Shown here piece after piece: positions 38,816 through 53,690 of a stretch of DNA of 64,000 nucleotides. Under the pieces are notes generated by a model. The model saw only the letters and a list, made by a program, of their open reading frames with translations. It was not told the origin of the DNA and made no database searches. The translations under genes and the position numbers were made by a program. Origin of the DNA: Octopus sinensis (Eukaryota); NCBI RefSeq assembly GCF_006345805.1, contig NC_043013.1, positions 56,916,001 through 56,980,000 on the forward strand, given 5' to 3'. How positions within the stretch are numbered: the stretch's first letter is position 1; the number at the start of each line of letters is the position of its first letter.

Positions 38816-39741
38816 CCCAGAGGGGGAGAAGAGGCTAGAGAAGTAGTGAGAGATACAGGGAGATAGAGAAGAAGAAACATAGAGGGGGGAAATAGGGAAA
38901 GTGAGAGAGAGATAAGAAGGAAAGAGAGAGGTGCTATGAAGGAAATAGAGAGGGTGATATGAGGAAAGCAAGGGTGAGTCGCATGTTACAAAGACAGATG
39001 AAGGAAGAGGAAGGGGAGAGAATGCGAGATAGAGTGAGGGAAAGACAGCAAACGATGAAGGATGTGAAAGAGAGGGAAAAACGGAGTGAGAAGAAGGGGC
39101 AAATGAGAAGCATATGAGAGAAAGGATGAGGTGACAGGAGGAGAGGTAGATGTGATATATATACATATATATATATACACATATATATATACATATATAT
39201 ATATATACATATATATACATACGCATATACATATATATATATATATATACATATGTATACATATATATATACACACATATATATATATGTATATATACAT
39301 ATACATACATATACGTATATATACATATACATACTTATACATATATATATATATATATATACATATATATATGCATACATACATATATATAAACACATAT
39401 ATACATATATATATAAATTAACTTATCTATCTATATATCTACCCTCTTTGTAATGTTGGGAAATGTATAAGAATATGCAGTGTCACTTTAATTGAAACAG
39501 TCTATATGTGGTTGAAGATTGCTCGACATTTTAAAACTGATGTAATACTTATAGTGTTTAATAAAATTAAGTAGCATGAAACATTTGTACTACACTAACT
39601 TGGATATTTTTGTTGCTTATTTTGATTATAATCACCCCATTTGATTTATATGGAGAATACCATACTAAATTCCGGTGCCTTTAACTTAAGTACCATATAT
39701 TCATTTTTATCTAAATTTTGCTATACATACATATATATACA

Positions 39742-39810
<69 letters not shown>

Positions 39811-39976
39811 TATATATGTATATATTTATATATACGTATATATATATGTATGTATATAAACATGCATATATATATACATACATATTATACATACATATAT
39901 ACATACATACATATGTATATACATACGTGCATACATATAAATATACATAAATACATATATACATACATCATACATA

Positions 39977-40019
<43 letters not shown>

Positions 40020-40027
40020 CATACATA

Positions 40028-43000
40028 ATAAGCATATACAAGCATAATAACAGCAAATATCCAGGGTCTTTATCCGAAAACAAAACAGTGTAAAGTCCCT
40101 TTCTTGGAAGAATTAGCAACAGAAAACAACTCCAAAATAATTGGAATTACTGAAAGTCATCTCAACGAAAACATCCGCAACAGCGAAATCACAATCAGTA
40201 GATTCAACATCTTCAGATGTGATAGACAAGGCAGATCCCATGGGGGCGTTATCATGTATATCCATGATACCTATGCATGCATAGAACTTGTCAATGAATC
40301 AAATGCCTACTGCAACCTGCTGTGCATAAAAATCATCCAACTTAATACAGTTGTAACAATAATGTACAGACCGCCAAACAGCCCAACATTATCCTTCACT
40401 GAGCCACTGACGAAGCTCCAACAAATTCTGGGAAACATGGCAAGTCCAATGCCAGACATTATCCTCCTTGGTGACTTCAACTTCCCTAACATCATCTGGC
40501 CACATGGACACATACTAAAACTGGGGACAAAAGCTGAACAAATACAGGCAGCCAAACTGTTGGAAGTCACAGAGAAATTATACCTCAAACAAATGATGAC
40601 AGAAGCAACAAGAAATAATAATACGATCGACTTGGTTTTCACCAACAACGAGGACACGCTATTTGACCTTCACTCAACCCCAACAATCCTTTCAGACCAC
40701 AATATTATTGAAATGCATTTACACATTGGTAATGAGCCCAATGCCACAACTCTTAAACAAAAGGACATGCCAAAGCTATGCAGGTATGATTATCACCAGG
40801 CAAATTGGGAAACTATTAACAACCAGTTACAATCATTGACTGGGATCTCTACCTTACTGGGCCAGATAAACACAAGAAATTCTTAAACAAGATCGAAGAA
40901 ATATGTGAAAAAAATGTTCCTCTAAAGAAAACCAAGTCCACAAAAAAACCTGTACCACGGGAGCGAAAGATCCTGATGCGCAAAAGGTCAAGACTAAGAA
41001 ACAAAACATCTAAGCTGACATCAAAACATGAATTACAGAAAGTCCTTGACCAAATATACAGATTAGAAGACAATCTAAAACAACACTATGATGAAGAACG
41101 TAACAATGCAGAAAAGAGAGCCATAGAAAACATCAAGAAAAATCCAAAATGTTTCTACAGTTTTGCAAAGAAATACTCGAACACCAAGTCAACAATAGGA
41201 CCTCTCCAGAGACAAAATGGGGATGTAGTGAATAACCCTATTGAAATGGCAGAAATGTTGGGTCAACAGTATGAAAGTGTCTTCAGTGAGCCATAAAACC
41301 ATGAAGATCCATGACCCAGGAAAATTCTTCAAGGATATCGACCATACTAAACCTACCCTATCCGACATTGATTTCAACCCAGAAGACATAGCAAGAGCCA
41401 TAGACAAGCTCTCCATGCACTCGGCTGCGGGGCCTGACGGTTTCAATGCCATGATACTTAAAAACTGCAAGGTACAATTGTCGAAACCCCTTTACATGAT
41501 ATGGAGGGAATCTATTGAGAATGGCAAAATACCAAATACATATAAAGAAGCACACATAACTCCAATACATAAAGGGGACAGCAAATCAAAACCAAAGAAC
41601 TACCGACCAATCTCACTGACATCACACATTATCAAGGTCTTCGAAAGAATAGTTCGTGGAAAACTGGTTGAGTTCCTGGAATCCAACAATCTGATGAATT
41701 GCAACCAGCATGGATTCAGGTTAGGTAGATCATGCCTTTCCCAACTACTGGCACACCATGACCAAATCCTAGAAAATCTAGAGAATGGATACAACATAGA
41801 TGTTATCTACCTCGACTTTGCCAAGGCATTTGACAAGGTAGATCATGGCATCCTGGGTCACAAACTTCGAAAGCTAGGAGTAGGAGAAAAGTTGGTACAT
41901 GGATACACGAGTCCTTACAAATAGAACTCAAACAGTCACTGTGAATGGAACCCATTCAACACCATCACCTGTGACCAGCAGTGTTCCTCAGGGTACAGTA
42001 CTCGGCCCAATCCTGTTTCTCATCCTCATCTCTGACATAGATGAAGATACAACCAGCAACGTCTCATCCTTTGCTGATGACACCAGGGTCATGAGACAAA
42101 TCAAAGTCGAGGTGGATACAGAGGCCTTACAAAAGGACCTGACCACCATATATAAATGGCAGGAAACAAACAACATGTTGTTCAATGATAAGAAGTTTGA
42201 ACTAATTCGCTACGGAACAGATCAAGATCTGAAAAATACAACAAACTACAGAAACCCATCAGGACAACACATAATGGAAAAACAGTATGTGAAAGATTTA
42301 GGCATCCACATGGGAACCAACCTAAAATTCAGAGAACACCTTGACTCAGTCTGTCTTACTGCAAGAAAGTACAGCGGGTGGATCTTGCGCACCTTCAAAT
42401 CAAGAGATACCTCAACAATGAAAACCCTCTGGAACAGTATGATACTTCCGAGGATTGACTACTGTTCTCAGTTGTGGTCACCAACAACAAAGGGCCAACT
42501 ATCTAAGATAGAATCGCTCCAAAGAAATTTTACCTCATACTTCTCAGAAACGAGGGACCTGGACTATTGGCAAAGACTCAAAACCTTGAGGATGTACTCA
42601 ATAGAAAGAAGATTTGAGCGATACCGAATTATATACATTTGGAAAATGATAGAGCAGAAGGTGCCAAACTTTGGTATCAAAACTTACCACTCACTGCGCC
42701 ACGGAAGACGCTGCCAGCTGCCACCAATCAACAAAAAGGCTGGCCAGGCAGCAAAAACCCTGCGAGAATCAAGTCTGTTGGTTCGAGGAGCACAACTGTT
42801 TTCAACTCCATTCTGGTACATGTCAGAAATCTATCAGGATGCAGTGTGGAATCATTCAAATTGCAACTGGATAGATACTTAAGCACCATTAGAGATGAAC
42901 CCCATCTCCCAGGATATACACAACGAGCACAAACTGACTCAAACTCGCTCCTACACATGTCAAAATTAAGCAGAGAATACAACCTGGCAACCACACCAGA

Positions 43001-43070
43001 CTCTGAGGGTGGAGTCTTCGACTTGGCCTGAGCATGGACTCAAACCCAAATGAAATGAAATGAAATGAAA
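40028..43070 (+). mobile_element. CR1/L2-group LINE (second family), nearly complete ORF2 with a few frameshifts and a (TGAAA)n tail
   Basis: [69 protein letters not shown]. Confidence 0.95.
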
Positions 43071-43109
43071 TATGTATACATATATGTATATATAAATATA
43101 TATATATAT

Positions 43110-43383
43110 AATTGCAGCGTGGAAGGTGTTTGTAAGCCATTTAAGAAACACACAAAAGCCGTTCGATTCACTTCAACGTTTAAGCTTAATTGTCAAAATA
43201 TTTTCGTCGCTAAAATCCGCGACCTGTTCACTAACAAAAATCCATGCTGCATCTCTGTCAGTGAACAGGTCGCGGATTTTAGCGACGGAAATATTTTGAC
43301 AAATTAAGCTTAAATGTTGAAGTGAATCGAACGGCTTTTGTGTGTTTCTTAAATGGCTTACAAACACCTTCCACGCTGCAATT
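43110..43383. repeat. Fold-back element (about 127-bp arms, about 19-nt spacer); the unit appears to continue to about 43545
   Basis: AATTGCAGCGTGGAAGG...GACCTGTTCACT is mirrored by AGTGAACAGGTC...CCTTCCACGCTGCAATT. Confidence 0.95.
43190..43237 (-). ncRNA. Hammerhead-like fold with a swapped G3-C8 core pair
   Basis: TTGTTA | GTGAACA G | GTCGC-ggatttta-GCGAC | GAAA | AATATT palindrome | T | TGACAA; the mirror copy at 43255-43302 has A13G. Confidence 0.6.
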
Positions 43384-45004
43384 GTTTTCGTTCCAGCACA
43401 CGATCTCAGATCAAATCACTTGCTATGCGAGTACACCTCCATATATATATAACCCTCCTTCTTCCATTTTCCTGAGCGCCTAATAATAATAATACTGTAA
43501 TTGTTCCACGTGTTGTTGTTTTTTCTGTTTTACCGTTTGGATTAACCTTATACATATATATATTTATACATATATATATATTTATACACATACATATATA
43601 TATATTTATACACATACATATACATATATATATACATACATATATATATAGACATGCACACACATATATATATATGCATACATATATATATATAAATACA
43701 TACATACATATATTTATATACATACATACATACATGTATGAAGAAATTCAACAATGATATACAACAATGATATACTTAAATCATACCATATAGAACAAAA
43801 TTAAAGATAGGATAAAAAATTTACATAGAATTAAATGAAGTAATAATAATAAATAATAGTATGTAATTAGTAAATAGACATTACGTTTTTCGTGGCTATA
43901 TTTTCGAATTGATAACAGTAAAATCAATTCAATTTAAATATGGTCACTCATTAGATCCAAGATAAAAACAATAAAATAATTAAATATATGTACGTATATT
44001 ATCTTATAAGTAAATATAAATATATACAAAAATACGTAATTTTCCAATGAAAAGATTCGGAGAAATTCAAAAATGTATCTTAAAACAAAGACAGGCAATA
44101 TCAAATATATTCTGTTAACTAAATCTTTAAATTTAATACGTAGGACTTAGTGTTTATAATAAATATATCTCGTTAAAATATGGTGTAAATAAAACTTGAA
44201 TAAATAGATAGAAATATTTATTTCATCTACGAAAATATATTTTAGCTTATAGAAGAAAAATTAACTAACAATAGTATATCAGTACTGGAAAATTAAAATG
44301 CAAGTAATTAAAACAAAATATGCAAAACAATATATATATATATGTCTGGCACCAGTGCGGGTGGCACGTAAAAAGCACCCACTACACTCACGGAGTGGTT
44401 GGCGTTAGGAAGGGCATCCAGCCGTAGAAACACTGCCAGATTTGACTGGGCCTGATGAAGCCTTCTGGCTTCACAGACCCCAGTAGAACCGTCCAACCCA
44501 TGCTAGCATGGAAAACGGACGCTAAATGATGATGATGATGATGATGAAAACACATAATATACATTAAGTGAAGCTACATATATATATACATATATATACA
44601 TACAAATACACATATATATATATACATATATATACATACATATATACAGATATATATACATATGTATACATACATATACACATAAATATATACATATATA
44701 TACATATATATATACATATATATATACATATATATACATGCATATATACATATAAATACATACATATATACATATATATATACATAAGTATATACATATA
44801 TACATATATATACATATATATACATATATATATATAAATATATACATATATATACATATACATATATATATACATAGACATATATATACATATATATACA
44901 TATGCATATATATACATATATATACATATGCATATATATATATACGCATATATGTACAGACATATATATATATATAGCTATATATATATATATATAGTTA
45001 TATA

Positions 45005-45747
45005 TTTTTTTTAAATGTAAATATATGCCAGAATGGAGTTGAGCGACGAATTAACTGTCCTTCAGACGCCAAAAAATCCCAAAATTCCAAAATTAGAAAC
45101 ACCATTTACCAGTGCAAAATTTCTTCGGGAACCGATGTCTTCTTCTACATTGGAGCAACTTCTTCTAAATTAGCCCAAAGGATATCCAACCATTATTCAA
45201 CTTTCAGAGATAAGAGAAAACAACACAGCATGGGACTAAGTAAATTAGTTTGGCGTCTGAAGGACAGCAATACAACTTTCAAACTGTAATGGTCCATATT
45301 GTCGGTGTCCTTCCCGTTTGACAAGGGCAGAAAACATTGTGGCGTCTGTAATTCCGAACTTTTTCATATTTTGTTCGCCAAAGTCCCTTTCATAAATACA
45401 ATCGTCGAGAGGTCCTACAGATGCATGCACGGGCAAAAACACACCTTTCAATCATATGAATAATGATTAATATAGATAGCCCCTTGAATTTTAATTAATA
45501 TAACTCTTTCATTTATATATTTCACCCCCATAGTCATAAAATTCTTTTTATACTTTCAAAGAACTACTACCCAATCCAGTGAGGTATGTGTTACCTTTGT
45601 CCCTATACCTTGCCCTCCTCTTTCTCTCACTTTCTCTCTCTCTTTCCCTCTATCTATAGTAAGCACAAACAAACACACAGACACAAACCGTTCACCTCAC
45701 CACTGTCTGTTTCCTGACATCCACCCATCCACAAGCACAATCACGCA

Positions 45748-45786
<39 letters not shown>

Positions 45787-46330
45787 TAATGCAGTTATAT
45801 ACAGTCACACACACAGACACTCATTCACAAAAGAAAATTCACCATTCATTTGAACTGCACCCTTTCACCTTCCTATTCTTATGTCTCTCTTCTCCTACAT
45901 CGTTTGAACCCTTGAACCTTTAGAACCTTCTAGATTCTTCTATATCCAACCATTTTGACGTCACTCCTTATAAAGGAATGTTTTAAAGAGACACTCATTA
46001 TCGCTATGGGCTCCGTGTGAGCAGTCATCTAAAAGTTTTTTGTGCATCTTGATGTTGACATAAGTTCCTTGCTCTTCCTGATGAGAAAGCGGCATAATAT
46101 ACTCCTTATTCCTTCGCAATTAGGAATATGCAGCCTTCGAAACATGTCGAAAATAAAGGAATTTTGTTAATTCGTCGTTCAACTCCATTCTTTCATATAT
46201 TTACATTTAAAAAAAGAACATACAAATTTCCACATGAAAGCACGTAACTTCAACCGTGTCTTCTCTGATGTGAATTTGCTACCCAGGTATCGGTTAACCG
46301 AATTATCCATAACAAGATAATTCATTCAAC
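45005..46330 (+). mobile_element. Penelope-like element family 3: GIY-YIG remnant (45083-45463, one stop) plus 3' HHR region; short inverted arm at 45005-45055
   Basis: NTIYQCKI...FYIGATSSKLAQRISNHYSTF...LSKLVWRLKD...WSIL...CGVCNSE...RCMH; 45005-45055 is the reverse complement of 46166-46215. Confidence 0.85.
46065..46161 (+). ncRNA. Type I hammerhead ribozyme, canonical core, GUC site
   Basis: TTCCTT..TCTTC | CTGATGA (46078-46084) | GAAAGC.GCATAT...ATATGC.GCCTTC | GAAA (46139-46142) | ACATGT palindrome | C46148 | GAAAA..AAGGAA. Confidence 0.85.
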
Positions 46331-46371
46331 TACTCAAATATAATATATTATATATTATATTTATATGTATA

Positions 46372-46412
<41 letters not shown>

Positions 46413-46734
46413 ATATACAATAACATATATACGTATATGCATATATATACATATATTCGTATATATACATATATATATATATATACATATATATATACAT
46501 ATACATATATATATACATATACATATATATATATAACATTATATACATGCATATATAAACATATACATATATATATACATATATACATACATATACATAT
46601 ATACATACATATATACATATACATATATATACATATATATATATGCATATATATACATATACATATACATATATATACATATACTTATATATACATATAC
46701 ATATATATACTTATACATATATATATATATCCAT

Positions 46735-46855
46735 ATCACGTGATCACGTGACCGATAAGACCATCAGATGTTGTTACACATCGCTGGTCACAATGCGTTC
46801 GCATTGTTTTTTAGCCTTCGAATGACGCCACCCCGCAGGCTAAGCGAGCAGGCCA
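46735..46855. mobile_element. Probable short interspersed repeat fragment
   Basis: GC-richer block TCACGTGATCACGTGACC...GGCTAAGCGAGCAGGC between microsatellites; I recall it as a cephalopod repeat but cannot verify this. Confidence 0.4.
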
Positions 46856-46862
46856 TATATAC

Positions 46863-46904
<42 letters not shown>

Positions 46905-47332
46905 GTTCTTTTCTACACAGTGTCCTCTTTTTCTCACCACTACCACCCCCACGCAGATCCTAAATTTTTAAAAATTTGCCTCTGCAGGAATGACTGTTTT
47001 AAGGAAGTCGCGTCTTCTCCCTAAATTCGAAATGTGGAGTAGATAAAACAGGGGACAACTTATGAAGGGTATGTTCTTTATGTTGCCTTCTCTCTTCTCT
47101 ATTTGTTTCTTTCATTTTTTGAAAAATATTTCGTTTTCCATGTCTTTGTTTTTTGTTCTTATTTCTCACTTTGTTCACATATTTTTGACATCCTGTACCC
47201 ATATATGCATGTATATATACACATATATATATGTATGTAGATATATGTATATATGCATATATGTATTTTATTATCTATGTATATGTATATATATATATTG
47301 GAAGGTTTGGAGATGATATACAGGTTTTTTTA

Positions 47333-48043
47333 TATTAGAAGAAATGAGGTACTCAGAAATTCGGATGGTTTATATTTACAGATATTTATTTGTATATTAC
47401 ATTTTTTATACATCATATAACTTAGATCATGTATTATCGCTATCTCCGATTCTAGTGGGGTTTTCAAATCAAACTAAGTTCCTGTGTGAAAAGTTTTGAC
47501 CATTTTATAGTGGTATTGAGTTTGTAGTGGTGGGGAGGAATATAAGACAGTACAAGAGGGTGATGGATGAGGAGAAACTGAGAGAGAGCATGTGTGTATG
47601 TGTGTGTGCGCGTGCGTGTGTGTGTGTGTGTGTGTTTGTATTTGGAATGGGTGTTAAATAACACGAGGGGAAGGAAGAGGGAAGAAGAAGAAAATAATTT
47701 TTTTTGCTCTGCTGGACAGCATGCTTACTCCAATCGGGGTCGAAACCTTGGAGGAAAAGAATTTCAGTTTTGACCATTTCATAGTGTTATTGAGTGTGTG
47801 GTGGCGGAGAGGTAGACCATAAATTATATTTCTTTTTATCATTGTAAGAGAATGTGTTTAATGAGGGATGGTCAAATGGTTTTTTGGGTTTACAGAGGAA
47901 GAATTCTTTTTATGATTGTTTTGTGGAGGTGTGTGTGTGTATGTGCGTGTTTGTGTGTGGGTGTCTGTGAGTTTGGAGAAGGGAAGAAAGGAGAAGAGGA
48001 AAAGAATTGGAGCAAGGAGAAATAATTGTGTTGATATGTATTC

Positions 48044-48080
<37 letters not shown>

Positions 48081-48677
48081 CACATAGAGGCGCAGGAGTG
48101 GCTGTGTGGTAAGTAGCTTGCTAATCAACTACATGGTTCCGGGTTCAGTCCCACTGCGTGGCGTCTTGGGCAAGTGTCATCTGCTATAGCCCCGGGCTGA
48201 CCAATGCCTTGTGAGTGGATTTGTTAGACGGAAACTGAAAGAAGCCTGTCGTATATATGTATATATATATGTGTGTGTGTGTGTTTTTGTGTCTGTGTTT
48301 GTCCCCATAGCATTGCTTGACAACCGATGCTGGTGTGTTTACGTCCCCGTCACTTAGCGGTTCGGCAAAAGAGACCGATAGAATAAGTACTGGGCTTACA
48401 AAGAATAAGTCCCGGGGTCGATTTGCTCGAATAGAGGCAAATGACTGAAACAAATTAGATATTATGACTGAAACAATTAAAAGAGTAAAAGAGTAAAAGA
48501 GTATACACATATTTAAAACATCAGAAAAAAACCACCTTTCATCAATTCAAAATGAATAATTAAATTGCACCAGAAAAGTTGAAATTAAAATGACAATTAA
48601 AAAGTAAAGATTAAGTAAATTACAAAAATAATATAATTTATATAATAGGTAATACATATATATATATATATATTATA

Positions 48678-48719
<42 letters not shown>

Positions 48720-49120
48720 TCTTCTTCTATATATATCTATATATATATTAGAATACACATATACTAAATGCTCACTATATTAAGTTGTAAATTGAAAGAT
48801 TTGTCCTTCAATGTATGATGAGTAAAATTTCATAAAGTCCATACTTGAAAAAGAGACTCTCCTGTGTTGAAGTTACAAATGACAGAATTGAAACTGACAA
48901 CTACTGAGTCTGTTGTCTGATCTTCAATTGATTTAGTCTAATATCTCACTGATTGAAAGTTAAATAAATATTAAGTTTTATCATACAGGAGCAACTGGTT
49001 CCACAAGTTAAAGTGAAATGGTTTCATTCAAATATTAGGATAGCCTTTGTTCAATGTTGTATTTTCAAAAACCAAAGCATATGTGTAGGACTCTGTGTGT
49101 GTGTATATGTGGTGTGTGTG

Positions 49121-49159
<39 letters not shown>

Positions 49160-50350
49160 AATACAGTTTACTTAGCAATTTTGGTCCTTCATCTGGTACA
49201 GCTTATTATAGAGATATTTTCAGACATTCAATTTGGGGGAGAATTTGTTCTTTTGCAAAGACTTCAGTTTTAGTTTCTTAAGAGAATTTCGCTCTTGTTA
49301 GATGTTTCTTTAGGTTTTTGTCTTGTCGTCTACTATTTTTTATGCGATATTTGTTTAATGTTTTCCATTTTGGGGCTCTGTAAGGCTATTGGCAGGTTTG
49401 AATGTATGGTTTGGAAGATGTTGGTAACTTCAGGGTTGTACGTGTTTATGAAAGGGATAATGTTTTCTTTGTTTTTTGTTTTGGGTGTCCTGAGTTGTGC
49501 GATGTCTAGTTTCATTGCTCTTGAGATTCCATTTTCTATTAGTTTAAGGGGGTATTTTTTCTCTAGTAGGAAGTTTTTAAGTTCATCTAGTCTTATTAGT
49601 CGTGTTTGTGAGTCAGTTACTATACTACATATTCGTCTTTCCATACTATATGGGATGTTTCTTTTTGTGTGGGGTGGATGGCAGGAGTAGAAATTTAAAT
49701 ATTGGTGTGTGTCGGTTTTTTTGTAGTTGATGTCTGCTGTGATGATTGAGTTGTGTATTTTGATGTTGATGTCTAGGAAGGAAAGTTCGTTGTGGCTGGT
49801 ATCTATTGTGAAGTTGATAGATGGGTGCAGCGTGTTGAGCATGTTGTGGAATGTTCGTAAGTCTTCTTTTGATCTGTTCCAAAAGAACAGCAACCCCACC
49901 TACAAATACATAGAGGGAGACAAAGAAATGAAATTTAAAAGTGGTCACCTATTTAAAGTAAATGCAGATATGAACTGCAAGACACAGAACATAATATACT
50001 GCATAACCTGCCCCACGTGCAAGGAGGATTACATAGGTGAAACTGGAAATTCTTTGTGCCAGCGAGACAGGATTCACCGACAACATGTTCGGCAGGAAGA
50101 ACTGCGCAAGATACCACTGAGTACACACCTAGCTACATGTGGAGAAGGAACATTTAAGATCTTTCCCTTCTACAAATGTCCGAAGAACGACACCTCTTTC
50201 AGGCGGAATATGGAAAAATATTTCATAACTAAGTTCTCCCCCATATTGAATGTCTGAAAATATCTCTATAATAAGCTGTACCAGATGAAGGACCAAATTT
50301 GCTAAGTAAACTGTATTAAACACACACACACACACACACATACACACACA

Positions 50351-50388
<38 letters not shown>

Positions 50389-50668
50389 CCTACACATATG
50401 CTTTGGTTTTTGAAAATACAACATTGAACAAAGGCTATCCTAATATTTGAATGAAACCATTTCACTTTAACTTGTGGAACCAGTTGCTCCTGTATGATAA
50501 AACTTAATATTTATTTAACTTTCAATCAGTGAGATATTAGACTAAATCAATTGAAGATCAGACAACAGACTCAGTAGTTGTCAGTTTCAATTCTGTCATT
50601 TGTAACTTCAACACAAGAAAGTCTCTTTTTCAAATATGGACTGTATTAAACACACACACACACACACA

Positions 50669-50720
<52 letters not shown>

Positions 50721-50944
50721 CACACACACACTTACACAGAGTTCTACACATATGTTTTGATTTTTGGAAAAAAAGAACATTGAACAAAGAATATTCTGTC
50801 AAATGGTCAAAACTTTTCACACAGGAACCTAGTTTGATTTGAAAACCCCACTAGAATGGGAGAAAGTGCTAATACATGATCTAAGTTATATGATGTATAA
50901 AAATGTAATATACAAATAAATATCTGTAAATATAAACCATCCGA
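47333..50944. mobile_element. Penelope-like element family 2 fold-back: minus arm 47333-49895 (RT thumb, 3' UTR) and plus arm 49888-50944 (GIY-YIG, internally deleted 3' UTR)
   Basis: ORF 49333-49899 FWNRSKEDL...INFT...LSFLD...YKKTDTHQYL...HP.HTKRNIPYS; plus-strand IIYCITCPTC...YIGETG; both arms end in the same CGGATGGTTTATATTTACAG block. Confidence 0.85.
48088..48505 (+). mobile_element. tRNA-derived SINE nested in the PLE2 3' UTR
   Basis: A box TGGCTGTGTGG, B box GGTTCAGTCCC, internal microsatellite, (AAAGAGT)n-like tail. Confidence 0.9.
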
Positions 50945-50986
50945 TATACATATACATGTCTCTCTCTCTCTCTCTCTCTCTCTCGC

Positions 50987-51103
<117 letters not shown>

Positions 51104-51479
51104 CATATATATAAACACATATACATGTATATATATTATTGTGTCTGGGGAGAGTCATTCTCTTTTAGTGCCTTTAACAAACGTATTTTTAAAATGTTTA
51201 CCAGAATATTATCAAAGAAATGCTAGCAGTAATCGAATTGTATTAAGAGAACACATGGAATCATAACTAACCATATTGTATGGAATGATGATAATGGTAA
51301 AGATGGATAAATATGGACAAAAGGTAAGTAATACACAGAAAATTATGCGTGAAACAGCATGAGTAAAATTAAAGCCACTAACAACGGGAAAGCTTCCATT
51401 ATTGATAATGTTCCCAGAATCAACATCCAAGTACCAGACAGGAAAATATTATTAATTCACAGAAAGCAAAATTGCCAGG

Positions 51480-51790
51480 AAGTGCCAGATCTACCAAAAC
51501 AATAATCTGTTTATAAAGAATAAATGAAACTCTGACATGTATATATTCTTCAACATGCTGGCTGTTTGTCTGGGAGATAATAATATCTTAGGAGGAAAAT
51601 AGAAAGAAAAAGATGAGTAGTGAAGGGTGGGGTGTGTGAATTGGTGTAAACAACAATAAATGGTAAAGTAAAAGAATACAGCAAAAATGATTAAGAAAAA
51701 GTTAGCGTGGCAGAGATTGATTCCAGAAAAGCCTTTGATACCATCTTGCACTGCTTGATATTGGAAACACAACTTATACACAGAACAGAT
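51480..51790 (+). mobile_element. Degraded non-LTR RT remnant (possibly R4/R2-like)
   Basis: LSVAEIDSRKAFDTILH at about 51702-51751 resembles the AWIDYxKAFDSVPH motif. Confidence 0.4.
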
Positions 51791-53467
51791 CCAATACTAA
51801 GGCATTGAATCAACGAATTTATGTCAAATTGGTAAAAATCAATAACAATGTCAAATATATAAAAAAAGACAGCTTAACAAAAATATAAACAACCCTTTTG
51901 TTATGAAGTGGAATTTTCTTATTTTTCAGGAATATTACATTTAACTCGTGGACTTAATTCTAGCCTACATTCTATTATTCTTGTTCCGGTCCTGCTCGTT
52001 GGACTGAAGCCATGTTGCTGAACCTCATTCAATGTGTTCAGTCAGTGATGTTGAGTCCTGTATTTATCTCAGCCTGCTGCACACACACATACACACACAC
52101 ATGCACACACATTCATTAGTGTGTGTGTGTGTGTGTGTGTGCATGTGCGTGTGTGTTCAGCCAAGTAACCTTTTAGGATCTGCATCAAAATGCATTATGA
52201 ACACCATTGGTAGAAGATGAAAATAGACACAAAGGCCAAACAAAAGTGCATGAAGAACAAATAATATAAACTGTATGTTGTGTTTATTCTATTTTTCCTA
52301 TACATATATACATGCTCCCCAACACATAATTAAAGATAAAACGAACTTAGTGAAAATGATATAAAGCTAAAACTTGTTCTGTCCAAAAGTTAAACTGTAA
52401 TTAATGAACTTAGAAGAGCGATATGAATCACTTTCATCAGCTGGGATCTTTATGCTATCATGGATAGCATTCATAGCAAATGGAAAATCATATGCGACTT
52501 TTATTTTTATAGCCTGTTCAGTCATGGTTTGTATTTTTTAATAAATGAATTTTCTTTATGCATTCGAATTTGGTCAGTAGCATTGTTTGCACATTGATGA
52601 AGTGGAAAGACAAGAAATTTTGGAGATTTGTTTTTCTGCACATACGTCCAAGTAAGATAGTCATTACTTGAAAGTACTTGTCTAATACAAAATGGAATAC
52701 AATGCACCAAAGATATAGGATTTTAAGGAATAATAAAAAGAGAAGAACAGTTCAGATACACCCATAATTCTATCTTTAATTAGAAAGATAGAGCTATGGA
52801 AGAGGATTGAAAGCCACGCATCCGCTTCCAAGTAAGTTTTATTTTAATAATTCTGATGCGCACTCTATAGGATTTTTTTACTCTGTTGTTTTTCTCTCTT
52901 ATTCTTCTCCCACTATTCTATCACTCAGTCACTCTTTCTCCCTCACTCCTCCCTTGCTTACATGGCTCCCACGTGACTGTCGGCCATCTTTGCTTCTTCT
53001 AACTTGTGTTTCTTTCTTTATCTCCTTTGTAGCTGGAACAAGGAAGACATGTTCTTGTTCCTGTCCACGCTTGATTTATGCGTTCGCCACCGCAATCTCG
53101 TTTAGGCTTAGCAGCCATCCCTGTTTGTTTTCACTGTCCTGTTTGTGTTACCAATTTTGACCCTCCACAAAATCCCAAATTTTATTTAATTTGCTTTGTG
53201 GGAGCAACTGCTTTATTGAAAGCATATATTGATAAATGCTCGAAATACGAAAGTAGAAAAACAGCCAACAACAGATGAAGAGCCGTTATTTATGTTGTTT
53301 GCTTTGTTTTCGATTTGTGTCTTTCGTTGTTCGAAAAAATAGTTCATATTCCATGTACTCGTACTTCATATTTTTTGTTGTACACGTTTCGTGACATCCT
53401 GTGCCCACATTTGCATATATACATATAGATGTAAGTATGCACACATACGTATGTATATGCGTATATA

Positions 53468-53644
53468 TAGGCGCAAGAGTGGCTGTGATAAGTAGCTTGC
53501 TTACAAACACATGGTTCCGGGTTCAGTTCCACGGCATGATACCTTAGGCAAGTGTCTTCTACTATAGCCTCGGGCCGACCAAAGCCTTGTGAGTGGATTT
53601 GGTAGGCGGAAACTGAAAGAAGGCTGTCGTATATATGTATATAC

Positions 53645-53690
<46 letters not shown>

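Noticed and set aside
39535-39600. Hammerhead at CTGATG...GAAACATTTGTA
   Set aside because: A9 is lost and stem I is unpaired; kept only as a decayed sibling of 34029.
50275-50320. CAGATGAAGGACC after the PLE2 stop codon as an HHR
   Set aside because: The core is altered and there is no stem II partner or GAAA.
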